DNA of 64,000 nucleotides from Candidatus Sulfomarinibacteraceae bacterium (GCA_963823345.1 CAWGLE010000013.1:65438-129437), one strand, 5' to 3'; positions 55,713 through 64,000 are shown, numbered from the stretch's first letter. A program made the numbers and translations. The notes: generated by a model not told the origin, from the sequence alone.

Positions 55713-56776
55713 TGGCTCCCTGGCGCAAAGGCCTGGCGCGGCTGCAGTCGATCGGAATCGACGCGGTGCTGATCGCGACGCTGCTCCTGATGGCCGAGCT
55801 CCTGGTGGTGGCGTTTTCCGGCAGGCGCGGCGCCACCGGATTGCTGCTCACAGCGGAACAGATCCTCGATCTCCTCCACTATGTGTGGGCCGCCCTCGCC
55901 GGGGTGGTCCTGGGTCTTCTGTGGAACCTCTTCTATCGCTGGACGGGGGCGTCGCCCGGGCGCGCCCTGGTGCGTGGCGTTCCCGAGTGGGAGCGTGATC
56001 TGGAGTGGACCCAGACCCTTCGCGGGTGGTTCACGGCGGTCTTCATCGAGTTCACGTTCTTCGCCGGTTGGCTGATCACCGAGCTCGATCTGTACGACTT
56101 CCTGACCAAATTCGGCAAGGCCGCCGACATCGTGCGCGGGCTGGCCCACCCGTCGGCGAGCGTGCTCCACGAGGGGCTCGTGCTGCTGGTTCAGACCATC
56201 TTCCTGGCCTTCATGGCGACCGCCTTCGCGATTCCGGTGGCCTTCGTGCTGGCTTTCCCGTCGGCGCGCAACCTGACCCGGGGAACGTTTCTCGCGCGGA
56301 CCGCCTACACGGTTTCGCGGACCCTCATGAACTTCGTGCGCGCTGTGGAACCCCTGGTGTGGGCCCTGATCTTCATCTCGTGGGTCGGCATCGGCCCCTT
56401 CGCCGGCGTCCTCGCCCTGTGGGTCCACTCGGTGGCCGCCCTGACCAAGCTCTACTCCGAGCAGATCGAGTCGATCGACACCGGGCCGATGGATGCCATC
56501 ACAGCCACCGGCGCGGGCACCCTCCAGGTCCTGCGCTATGGGGTCGTTCCCCAGGTCGTCCCGCCCTTCCTCTCGTTCACCATCTACCGCTGGGACATCA
56601 ACGTGCGGATGTCGACCATCATCGGTTTTGTCGGCGGCGGCGGTATCGGCTACATTCTCAAACCCAGGGTCGATTTGGGCGAGTGGGGCGAGGTCGGAAC
56701 CCTGGTGCTGCTGATCGCCGCCACCGTGTGGCTGATGGACATCATCTCCGCCAAGATACGGGAGAGAATCGTCTAG
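55712..56776 (+). CDS. phnE: Phosphonate ABC transporter permease
   Basis: 354 aa, multi-TM. It has an EAA-like loop, ESIDTGPMDAITATGAG, and the ending GGGGIGYIL typical of PhnE. The ATG shares one base with the phnC TGA. Confidence 0.85.
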   Translation: MAPWRKGLARLQSIGIDAVLIATLLLMAELLVVAFSGRRGATGLLLTAEQILDLLHYVWAALAGVVLGLLWNLFYRWTGASPGRALVRGVPEWERDLEWTQTLRGWFTAVFIEFTFFAGWLITELDLYDFLTKFGKAADIVRGLAHPSASVLHEGLVLLVQTIFLAFMATAFAIPVAFVLAFPSARNLTRGTFLARTAYTVSRTLMNFVRAVEPLVWALIFISWVGIGPFAGVLALWVHSVAALTKLYSEQIESIDTGPMDAITATGAGTLQVLRYGVVPQVVPPFLSFTIYRWDINVRMSTIIGFVGGGGIGYILKPRVDLGEWGEVGTLVLLIAATVWLMDIISAKIRERIV

Positions 56777-56840
56777 CTGCAATTCGTGGCCGTGCAACCA
56801 ACGGACATGGTCCGTTGCGTTGCACGGCCACGAATTGCTA
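56774..56840. terminator. Very long GC-rich hairpin spanning both stop codons of convergent genes (bidirectional terminator candidate)
   Basis: GCAATTCGTGGCCGTGCAAC-CAACGGAC-ATG-GTCCGTTG-C-GTTGCACGGCCACGAATTGC, about 28 paired positions with one bulge. The phnE TAG is at 56774-56776 and the minus-strand TAG at 56838-56840. No U-tract is present. Confidence 0.65.
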
Positions 56841-57722
56841 GAAGTCGTAGAACCAGCCGATGGCGACCCACGACTCGTCGTAATGGGCGAACTGCCCCAT
56901 GACCGACCGTCCCAGTCCCGCCTCGATCGCGATCCGGTGGACGGAGCTGCGGTTTCCGACCGGGATCATGTAGCCCGTCTGGATCGTCACCCGGGTGCGC
57001 CAATCGGACTCCTCGTAGCTGATCGAGTCGAACGCGACGAAGTACGATGCCCGGTTCTTCCAGTACGTCTGCTCGGTGTTGTACTGGGTGCCGACCTGGA
57101 TGGTCGCGGTCACAGATCCTGCGTATCCGTTGCCATAGCCGAGTTCGGAGTAGAGGACCCACCGGGGCATCATCTCCCAGCTGACTCCGAGGATCGCGTC
57201 CTCCCGCGTGTAGTGGATCCGTTGTTGGCCGGTCCGCACGGAATATTCGTCGCCGATGTGCGACGAGTCGTGCTTGGATCCGATACGAAAACCGAGGTTG
57301 TGCTTCGGCTTCCACGCCAGGATGAGTCCGTAAAACCCATCCCACCCCGTGTTGTCAAAGCTGTATCCGATGTCGAACTGGGCGGACATCCCGCCTTCGA
57401 ACGACAGCTGCCATCCACGTTTCGTATCGCCCTGCGGGTGCCAGCGGTAGATACCGAGGGTGCCCCCGGTCCTCAGTCCGAAACGACTGGCGTTGGTATC
57501 TGGAATCTCCGTATGCGGGAGCCACTGGATAGTCAGAGCGTTCTGCGGGCGGAGTGGGTCTGCGACATAGCGGGGGTAGAAATCGTTGGGCGGAAACCAG
57601 ATCCCGGCCTTTTTCGGTTTCGAGGTTTCCGGGAGCTCGACATCACCTGCGGACGAGGTTGATGAAAAGAGAAACATCACCAGCGATCCCGTGAGCAGGG
57701 CCCGAAAAACGTATCTGCACAT
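56838..57722 (-). CDS. Outer-membrane beta-barrel protein (DUF1207-like)
   Basis: 294 aa with a signal peptide. Features: WFPPNDFYPRYVADPLRPQ, alternating beta-strand pattern, and the C-terminal aromatic end WFYDF. Confidence 0.65.
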   Translation of the reverse strand: MCRYVFRALLTGSLVMFLFSSTSSAGDVELPETSKPKKAGIWFPPNDFYPRYVADPLRPQNALTIQWLPHTEIPDTNASRFGLRTGGTLGIYRWHPQGDTKRGWQLSFEGGMSAQFDIGYSFDNTGWDGFYGLILAWKPKHNLGFRIGSKHDSSHIGDEYSVRTGQQRIHYTREDAILGVSWEMMPRWVLYSELGYGNGYAGSVTATIQVGTQYNTEQTYWKNRASYFVAFDSISYEESDWRTRVTIQTGYMIPVGNRSSVHRIAIEAGLGRSVMGQFAHYDESWVAIGWFYDF

Positions 57723-57763
57723 GGCGCGGGAGTATACCCCACGTCGTGACGGATTTCCCGGGA

Positions 57764-58693
57764 TCAGTGCGCCTCACCGTGGTACTTTTCGCCGGCTTCG
57801 ATGGCGATGCTGAGCGCATTCTGCGGCGGCGGCAGAGGACAGGTGGCGTACGGAGTGAACGCACACGGCGGGTTGTACGCGAGGTTGAAATCGAGCACGG
57901 TGGTGCCGTCGCCACCGGGAGCGTCCGCCGAGAGGAACCTGCCGGCGCCGTAGGTCGTGACGCCGCTGGTCTCATCGCGGAAGATCAGAAACAGGCTGTC
58001 GTCATCGGGGCTGTCGACGTAGGGTTCAAGGACCAGCTCCACGCCCTTGATCGAAAAGCGGAGAATGCCCGTCGCGAGCATGGACGTGTCCTGGCCGAGC
58101 ACGGTCGGGATGGCCACCCGCCTGGGTTCGGCGTAGGGCTCGAAGCGCGCCTGGACCCGGTAGGCCGGGTCGATGTCGAAGTTGTCGATCCCGGCGAAGG
58201 TCAGTCGCGTCATCGCCTCGGGGTCTTTGACCCGCGCGGCGAGCCTGCCTTCCCGATCGATGACGTAGAACGAGATGCGGCCGGCCGTCACCGTATCAGG
58301 GGCGCCCTGGGCGTCGGTCGCGAGGAGGGCATTGGTCAGTGGTTGGCCGTTGACCGCGACGCCCGCACCCTCTTCGCCGAAGGCGACCACGGTCCCGTCC
58401 GCGGCGACCACCAGCATGCCCGCGATCTCCGGCACGCTGTCGTCGGGGAGCACCACCGCGCCGTCCGCCGCCGAACCGAAGCGGTTTTCACCCGGCTCGA
58501 GCCAGTACAGCCCGGTCAGCGTCAGCCAGCCGTCGTCCGAGGTCAGCCGCTCGAGGCGCTGGGTGCGCCACGCGCCGACTTCGGCGGCGTAGGCCGGATC
58601 GAGGGGCTCCGGGGCCTCGGTGCAGGCGACGGCGATGACGACGAGCGCGGCGAGGGCCGCACCACGGGTGACCAGTGGTGAGCGGTACATCAT
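57764..58693 (-). CDS. DUF1684-family protein, lipoprotein-like signal
   Basis: The ATG at 58693 gives MMYRSPLVTRGAALAALVVIAVACTE. The C-terminal block is LDFNLAYNPPCAFTPYATCPLPPPQNAL...AGEK, as I remember for DUF1684. Confidence 0.7.
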   Translation of the reverse strand: MMYRSPLVTRGAALAALVVIAVACTEAPEPLDPAYAAEVGAWRTQRLERLTSDDGWLTLTGLYWLEPGENRFGSAADGAVVLPDDSVPEIAGMLVVAADGTVVAFGEEGAGVAVNGQPLTNALLATDAQGAPDTVTAGRISFYVIDREGRLAARVKDPEAMTRLTFAGIDNFDIDPAYRVQARFEPYAEPRRVAIPTVLGQDTSMLATGILRFSIKGVELVLEPYVDSPDDDSLFLIFRDETSGVTTYGAGRFLSADAPGGDGTTVLDFNLAYNPPCAFTPYATCPLPPPQNALSIAIEAGEKYHGEAH

Positions 58694-58734
58694 CGGGGTG
58701 TTGTAGCACACCTTCGTTCGCCCATCCAGGGCGA

Positions 58735-58966
58735 GATGAAGGATGAAAGATGCAGGATGCAGGATCTGAAAACACTGGAGTTGAGGATCGGTCAATGCCA
58801 TTGTCAGAACGAGGTCCCTAACGACAGAAAACGGCTGTCCAGGTCGTCTACTGAGACACGGGTAAACCGAGATGCTGGGAACATCTCTGAAGGTGGGCCA
58901 AGGCCCACCCTACGAACCCGCTCGAAACTTGGGTCCGAAGTAGGGTGGGCCTTGGCCCACCTTCAG
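58735..58966. repeat. GATGMAG heptamer array plus perfect 27-bp inverted repeat of the GGTGGGCC hairpin family
   Basis: Array GATGAAG-GATGAAA-GATGCAG-GATGCAG-GATCTGA at 58735-58772. CTGAAGGTGGGCCAAGGCCCACCCTAC (58887-58913) and its exact reverse complement (58940-58966) are present. Each arm is itself a GGTGGGCC..GGCCCACC hairpin. Confidence 0.9.
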
Positions 58967-59058
58967 ACCCGCCGCGGTCGGGGTGGAGCCTGAATGTGAT
59001 TTCGAGCAGTCCACTTTGCCGTCTTGGACACGAGTGATCCTGGATTCTGAATCCTCCA

Positions 59059-60123
59059 TCAGCGCTTCGCGATCGCCTCGTCGAGCTGTTGATCAAAAAG
59101 CGCTCCCAACTCCGCCAACGACCGAAGATCCGTGGGTTCATCGGGAAGGAGGGGGATCTCCACCACCGGGTGGCTGTCGCCCACGAGATCCCTGAGCTCG
59201 GCGACGCCCCGGTTGTCCCGTTGCCCGAGCCACGAGAGCAGGCGCCAGCCCTCTCTCGCGGTGTCGCGCACCGGCGGCAGTTCGGGGTGGACGCGGTTGA
59301 CCACGATGGGTCCCAGGTGGTAGCCGGCCTCTGTCAGGCGCCGGGCGAAAAACAGGGTGTCGGCGACCCGACCGCTGCCGGGCCCTGAGACGAGGACGAA
59401 CAGGGTGTCGGGTGCGCGCAGCCGCTCCTGGACCTCGAGGGCTCTTTCGCGAAACCCGTCGAAGAGGGGTGCGAAGGCCTGGAAGAACTCGGCCATGTCG
59501 CGCAGCAGCTCCAACCCCACCATGCGGTCGAAGAAGCTCTCCACGTTGCGGCCGAGAATCCCCAGCCGCGAGGTCACCTTGAGTTGGCCGTCGGCGTCGA
59601 ACCACGGTTTGAGGGCGATTCGAAGGGCGCCGCTGTCGAGGAAGCCGACGATGCGTTGAGGTGCCCCGAGAAAGTCCAGGGCCTGGCGGGTCGGCGGTGT
59701 GTCGAGAATGATGGTGGAGTAGGCGCCCGACGCGGCGACTTCAAAAAGCCTCTCCGACGCCATGTACTCGAGGACGCCGGCGAGATTGCCCGACAACCGG
59801 TCGTAGAAGCGGTTGGTGAGGATTCTCTGACGTGCCGCCTCGTCCGGAGCGTAGCGGAGGATGAGGCGGTCGAACGTCCGTCGGGCATCCAGCAGGCTGG
59901 CCCACAACCGGCCTTTGCCGCCCGTGAGGACCTCGGTCTCGGCATCGAGTGCCTCGTCCCCGACGCCGAGAGCGTCCTTGAGCCGCAGCGACGGGTCGAA
60001 GGTCATCACCAGGGCGTTGTCGCCGCGCTGGGCCGCGCGCAGCCCCATCGCCGCTGCAAGGGTGGTCTTGCCCACGCCGCCCGCACCGACGACGATGATG
60101 AGAGGTTTGCGGCGGGGATCCAT
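59059..60123 (-). CDS. ArsA/Get3-family ATPase (second of a pair)
   Basis: The ATG at 60123 gives MDPRRKPLIIVVGAGGVGKTTLAAA (P-loop) and DTPPT. It shares one base with the upstream stop (TGATG). Confidence 0.75.
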   Translation of the reverse strand: MDPRRKPLIIVVGAGGVGKTTLAAAMGLRAAQRGDNALVMTFDPSLRLKDALGVGDEALDAETEVLTGGKGRLWASLLDARRTFDRLILRYAPDEAARQRILTNRFYDRLSGNLAGVLEYMASERLFEVAASGAYSTIILDTPPTRQALDFLGAPQRIVGFLDSGALRIALKPWFDADGQLKVTSRLGILGRNVESFFDRMVGLELLRDMAEFFQAFAPLFDGFRERALEVQERLRAPDTLFVLVSGPGSGRVADTLFFARRLTEAGYHLGPIVVNRVHPELPPVRDTAREGWRLLSWLGQRDNRGVAELRDLVGDSHPVVEIPLLPDEPTDLRSLAELGALFDQQLDEAIAKR

Positions 60124-61049
60124 CAGCGATCCTTCAGGGCCTTCGCCAGATGCTCGCCGACGACCCCCACCAACGCAGGACCCGCATCGATGGGTTCCAG
60201 GGGGATCTCCACCAGGGGGCCCTCCCACCGTTCGGCGAGGCGTGCGAGTTGGTGTTCGTTGACCGCGCGGCGGCGGGCCCACAGCCGTGTCGAGGCATCG
60301 CGCCCGGCGCGCGCCGGGAGCGGCGGATAGACGGCGTTGACGACCACCAGTTCCGGTTGCCGGTCGAGCCGCTCGCCCATCGCCACGATGAGCTCCAGCG
60401 ACTCCTGCACCGGCATCTCTTCCGCAGTGGTCACCACCACGCTGCCGAAACGGTTGCGGTCCTCGAGGAAGGCGGCGATCTCCGTCGCCATGTGGCCGAT
60501 GGGGCCGCTCGAAATGACCTCGGAAACCAGTTGCGGAGCGGCCATCCACGCGATCCCGTGGCCTGACGCGGGGGCGTCGAGAATGACGACATCCGGCCGC
60601 CGCAGCTGTTTCGGCCCGTGCCCTTCGACGAGACGCAGTGCGCGGCCGAACACCGCCGTCTGTTTGAGCCCGGGTGCGCCCTCGGTGAAGTGGAGGTGCA
60701 CCGGGCTCGACAACACTTTGCGAGCCAGGGCCCCGACCTTGAGCTTTTCCATGATGAGGTCGTCGAGCAGCCGACGGGGCTCGAGGTGCTGGAGCCAGAG
60801 GTTGGACGCGGCTTCGACGATTTCACCCCCCGACGGCGGGGTGTCGAGGAGGAGGTGGAGGTTCTCTCTCGGATCGACTTCGATCAGCAGAACCCGCCGG
60901 CCGCGGTTGGCCAGCACGGCGCCGAGGGCCGCCGTGACGGTGCTCTTGCCGACGCCGCCTTTGCCGGTGACCACGATCAACTGGAGTTGTTCGAGCCGGC
61001 CCAGGACGCCCACGACTCCCCCTCGGTAAATCTTGCAGGAGCTTAGCAC
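60123..61049 (-). CDS. ArsA/Get3-family ATPase (first of a pair)
   Basis: Deviant Walker A: IVVTGKGGVGKSTVTAALG. Also DAPASGH. The GTG at 61049 abuts the upstream TAG. Internal GTG starts a few codons downstream are also possible. Confidence 0.75.
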   Translation of the reverse strand: MLSSCKIYRGGVVGVLGRLEQLQLIVVTGKGGVGKSTVTAALGAVLANRGRRVLLIEVDPRENLHLLLDTPPSGGEIVEAASNLWLQHLEPRRLLDDLIMEKLKVGALARKVLSSPVHLHFTEGAPGLKQTAVFGRALRLVEGHGPKQLRRPDVVILDAPASGHGIAWMAAPQLVSEVISSGPIGHMATEIAAFLEDRNRFGSVVVTTAEEMPVQESLELIVAMGERLDRQPELVVVNAVYPPLPARAGRDASTRLWARRRAVNEHQLARLAERWEGPLVEIPLEPIDAGPALVGVVGEHLAKALKDR

Positions 61050-61325
61050 CTACCGCCGCAGCACGGCCTCGGCAAAGCCATGGTGCTCGGCCGGACCTCC
61101 GCCATGCCGGTGCTCGGGGCCGAGGCCTTCCCACGAGTGGACGATTTCGAAACCGGGGAAGAGCCGTGTCAGTTCGCCGGGTTCGAGATAGGTTCGAAGT
61201 TCGCTGCCGATATCGAGCACCGGCAGGCGTGTGTCGAGGTCGGCGAGATGGGCGACCAGCGTCCTCTCGGGATGGTCCCCGAAGTATCCGTCGCCCGAAG
61301 TGTAGATGCCGTCGAAGGAAATCAC
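61050..61325 (-). pseudogene. Remnant of a TehB-like SAM-dependent methyltransferase (core deleted)
   Basis: From the GTG at 61325: VISFDGIYTSGDGYFGDHPERTLVAHLADLDTRLPVLDIGSE. This is joined directly to LRTYLEPGELTRLFPGFEIVHSWEGLGPEHRHGGGPAEHHGFAEAVLRR. The N-terminal lead-in up to the LDxG motif and the C-terminal tail are present. The Rossmann core of about 100 aa between them is absent. Confidence 0.45.
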
Positions 61326-61416
61326 GGGCGAAGAGTAACAGCGAACGGGAATTGTTGAATTGTGGTCCCGGGTTGTAAAGGACGGCGGGTGAAGTGCGCC
61401 CGCGGCGGAGGAATGA

Positions 61417-61824
61417 ATGGACCGACGAGCAGACAACCCTTTCAACATCGCGGCGGCCCCCGAGCCCGCCGGCGGCCTCGGGCAGCCGGTGGTCGAAACC
61501 GACGCTTCAGCGGACCCGAAGACCCGCGTCAAGAAAATGGTCGCGTCGTCGCCGATGTTCGTCTTCATCAAAGGAACCCCGCAACGACCGATGTGCGGTT
61601 TTTCGGCCAACACCGTCGCCGTGATGGACTCGTTGGATGTGCCGTACCGGACCTTCGACGTGCTGTCCGACGAGGCGATCCGCACCGCGGCCAAGGAGGT
61701 CGCCGGTTGGCCGACCTTCCCCCAGGTCTATGTCCGTGGAGAGTTCATCGGCGGCAACGACATCGTGACCGAGATGCACGCCAGCGGCGAACTGCAGTCG
61801 ATGGTCACCGGGGACGGATCGTGA
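61417..61824 (+). CDS. grxD: Monothiol (CGFS) glutaredoxin
   Basis: Motifs: FVFIKGTPQRPMCGFS and WPTFPQVYVRGEFIGGNDI. GGAGGA lies upstream of the ATG. The N-terminal extension is long. Confidence 0.85.
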   Translation: MDRRADNPFNIAAAPEPAGGLGQPVVETDASADPKTRVKKMVASSPMFVFIKGTPQRPMCGFSANTVAVMDSLDVPYRTFDVLSDEAIRTAAKEVAGWPTFPQVYVRGEFIGGNDIVTEMHASGELQSMVTGDGS

Positions 61825-62174
61825 GCGCCCCCGCAGCCGGGACCGGTTCCATCGTGACCCTCAGTGAGCGGGCCCAGCGCGAGGTGCGCTCCATCTTCCA
61901 GAGAGAGGGGATGGGAGCGGAGAAAGGTCTGCGGCTGAGCGTGGTCGGCGGTGGCTGCTCCGGTCTGTCCTACGACATGGACTTCTCCGACGTTCGCCCG
62001 AATGACACCCGCATCGAGTTGGAGGGTTTCACGGTTCTGCTCGACCCCAAATCGACCATTTACCTCAAGGGCGTCACCCTCGACTTCCAGGACGGCCTGC
62101 AGGGCAAGGGCTTCGTCTTCTCCAACCCCAACGCGACCAACACCTGCGGCTGCGGTGAGTCCTTCAGCGTCTGA
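61821..62174 (+). CDS. erpA: A-type Fe-S cluster carrier (IscA/ErpA/HesB family)
   Basis: The GTG at 61821 overlaps the grxD stop as GTGA. Motifs: GLRLSVVGGGCSGLSY and the C-terminal NPNATNTCGCGESF. Confidence 0.85.
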   Translation: MSAPAAGTGSIVTLSERAQREVRSIFQREGMGAEKGLRLSVVGGGCSGLSYDMDFSDVRPNDTRIELEGFTVLLDPKSTIYLKGVTLDFQDGLQGKGFVFSNPNATNTCGCGESFSV

Positions 62175-63762
62175 TCAGCTCCTCTTCGAAGGGGGCGAGG
62201 CACGGCTCGACGGGTGGGTCGTGGTCGCCGTGGAGGGCGGCCACCGGGAACGTTTTCTCCACAGCCAGCTGACCTCGGACGTCAGGGGCCTCGACCGGGG
62301 GGCGTCGCAGATGACCGCGCTGCTCGACCGTGCCGGTCGGCTCCAGGCTTTCGGTTTTCTCCACAAGCTCGCGGACCGCATCGACCTCCTCCTTCCGGCG
62401 GCTGCCGCGGCGTCGGCGATGTCCGTTCTCGAGGACCACATCATCGCCGACGACGTCAGCCTGCGGCTGGTCGAGACCGGGGAGCTCGCGCTCCTGCTCG
62501 GAGCGGAGGCGGTGCGGCTGAGGTCCCAGCTCCGGCCCGACTCGACGTTTCCGATCGAAGGGTGGGGGAGCCGGGGGTGCGTCACGTGGGACCCCTCACT
62601 GAGGGCGTTCTCCACCATTGACGACGACGAGCTCGAAGCGCGCCGGATCCTGTCGGGAATTCCCCTGTGGGGGGTCGAGGCAGTTCAGGGGCAGCTGATC
62701 CACGAAACGTCACTGATCGGACCCGCGGTGTCGCTCACCAAGGGATGTTTCCTCGGCCAGGAAACGGTGGCCAAGGTGGCGAGCGGCCGCGGTGCGGCCC
62801 GCGCGCCGGTGCTGCTGGAGATCATGGCCGGGGATCCGGATGATGCCGCGGGTGTCGCCGGGGAGTTCGCAACCGAGGACCACTCCCGTGCCGGTTCCGT
62901 GTCGGCGGTGGCGCGGTGGGAGGGCCGGACCTATCTGCTGGCCTCCGTCATTCGCGAGATTCGGGTCGAGAACCGGGAAGTGGAGTGCCGGTGGGGCGAT
63001 GGTGCGTCGTGCACCGTCAGGGTGCGGGCGCTGCCGTTGCTGGCGGCGCCGGAACCCGGCTATTGGGCGACGCGGCTCCAGCTGCGGGCGGTGGAGGCTT
63101 TTTCGTACGATCGCGAGGAGGAAGCGGTGAAACTCCTCGAACGGGCGATCGCGGTGTGCCGCGACCACGCCGACTCGTACGAATCCCTGGGAGTCATCCT
63201 CGGGCGGCACCACCGGTATGACGAGGCCATCGCCCTGATGCGGCGTCTGCTCGAGGTCAACCCCTCGTCGGTCATGGCCCACACCAACCTGTCGCTGTAC
63301 TACAACCGGCTGGGGCGGATCGAAGACGCCGAGCGCGAGGCGGGCGAAGCGCTGCGCGCCAAGATGAACCGCGAGCGCGACCAACGTCAGCGCGCCGAAG
63401 CTCTCCGCGAGAAGACGAACACCGCGGCGTCGGATCGCAAACGACGGGGCGAGATGTTCCGTCAGGTGCTCGAGCTCGATCCGGATGACGCCCTCGCCAA
63501 CTTCGGGCTCGGCGAGCTGTTGCTGGAAGAGGGGAGGCACGCCGACGCCATTGCCCGCCTCCAGCGTGCCTTGAGGGCGGACCCAAGGTACTCGGCCGCC
63601 TTTCTCGCGCTGGGGCGCGCATTCGAGGGCGCGGACGACCTTGACGCCGCCGCCACTACCTACCGCGAGGGCATCAAGGTGGCCGCCGCTAGGGGCGACC
63701 TGTCGACCGCCAACAAGATGCAGGAGCGCCTCGCGAACCTGCAGACGGGCTCCGACTCCTGA
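62155..63762 (+). CDS. ygfZ: YgfZ/GcvT-like folate-binding Fe-S maintenance protein fused to C-terminal TPR repeats
   Basis: The signature KGCFLGQETVAKV and the N-terminal VAVEGGHRERFLHSQLTSDV are present. The C-terminal about 200 aa is TPR-like (YESLGVILGRHHRYDEAIALMRRLLEVNP, ANFGLGELLLEEGRHADAIARLQRALRADP). No start codon lies after the erpA stop, so the GTG at 62155 (20-nt overlap) is proposed. Confidence 0.7.
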   Translation: MSPSASDQLLFEGGEARLDGWVVVAVEGGHRERFLHSQLTSDVRGLDRGASQMTALLDRAGRLQAFGFLHKLADRIDLLLPAAAAASAMSVLEDHIIADDVSLRLVETGELALLLGAEAVRLRSQLRPDSTFPIEGWGSRGCVTWDPSLRAFSTIDDDELEARRILSGIPLWGVEAVQGQLIHETSLIGPAVSLTKGCFLGQETVAKVASGRGAARAPVLLEIMAGDPDDAAGVAGEFATEDHSRAGSVSAVARWEGRTYLLASVIREIRVENREVECRWGDGASCTVRVRALPLLAAPEPGYWATRLQLRAVEAFSYDREEEAVKLLERAIAVCRDHADSYESLGVILGRHHRYDEAIALMRRLLEVNPSSVMAHTNLSLYYNRLGRIEDAEREAGEALRAKMNRERDQRQRAEALREKTNTAASDRKRRGEMFRQVLELDPDDALANFGLGELLLEEGRHADAIARLQRALRADPRYSAAFLALGRAFEGADDLDAAATTYREGIKVAAARGDLSTANKMQERLANLQTGSDS

Positions 63763-63771
63763 TTGGCGATT

Positions 63772-64000
63772 CTGAAGGTGGGCCAAGGCCCACCCTACGG
63801 GTTCGCCCGATATGTGGGTTCGGGGTGGGGTGGGCCTCGGCCCAGCCTACGGGTTCGCCGGATATGTGGGTCCGGGGTGGGGTGGGCCCTGGCCCACCTT
63901 CAAAGTCTGCTCCCGGCAGCCGGGACGGCTGCCCCACAAACGATACCGACAGGCTGGCTTGTGGGGCACGCGTCCCGCGTGCCGGGTGGGTGGGTGGCAA
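63772..64000. repeat. GGTGGGCC-hairpin direct repeats followed by a REP pair (runs to window edge)
   Basis: 63772-63905 holds three GGTGGGCCnnGGCCCAsC hairpins, separated by two copies of TACGGGTTCGCCsGATATGTGGGTyCGG. 63911-63952 is a reverse REP. 63957-63998 is a forward REP (TTGTGGGGCACGCGTCCCGCGTGCCGGGTGGGTGGGTGG). Confidence 0.9.

Noticed and set aside
59042-59054. 13-bp palindrome GGATTC-T-GAATCC just after the ATPase gene stop
   Set aside because: It is too short to distinguish from chance, it cannot form a hairpin with a one-base loop, and no second copy was seen.

Overview
GC-rich bacterial chromosomal window (about two-thirds G+C by eye, not computed) with about 55 protein-coding genes, tightly packed, often with ATGA/GTGA start-stop overlaps. 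I recognised no rRNA, tRNA, CRISPR array, transposase, integrase or prophage gene. Two tandem paralogues of a VWFA-type secreted protein family that I remember as expanded in Acidobacteria suggest Acidobacteriota; this is an inference and no search was possible.

Gene content:
- Housekeeping: sucCD, ackA, hbd-like, coaX, pgsA, AddAB, mutM, xth, bfr.
- Regulators and redox: a Fur/PerR-family regulator with a periplasmic peroxidase operon, and grxD-erpA-ygfZ.
- Transport: phnDCE and a MacB/FtsX-type ABC pair.
- Secreted proteases, unusually many: S41, SppA, an M16 pair and a tricorn-like protease.

Points that deserve attention:
1. A minus-strand cassette at about 25.0-30.9 kb carries a lysine-2,3-aminomutase homologue, two ATP-grasp ligases and a GNAT. 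It is preceded by a GNAT::deacetylase fusion and a long promoter-distal leader. I cannot match this gene set to a described pathway.
2. Nearly every intergenic gap holds a modular repeat system. It combines REP-like hairpins whose stems vary with compensatory changes, a C-rich box, and tandem 7-8 bp arrays. Array unit sequence differs between loci, and at four loci the arrays form matched inverted pairs.
3. Other structured or duplicated non-coding elements include a perfect 85-bp tandem duplication, 40-bp tandem repeats, a roughly 180-nt hairpin and a GGTGGGCC hairpin family.
4. Five minus-strand genes, including sucC, each need removal of one extra base to restore the frame. This is most simply explained by sequence errors.

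All functional calls come from motif recognition by eye. No database search was possible.
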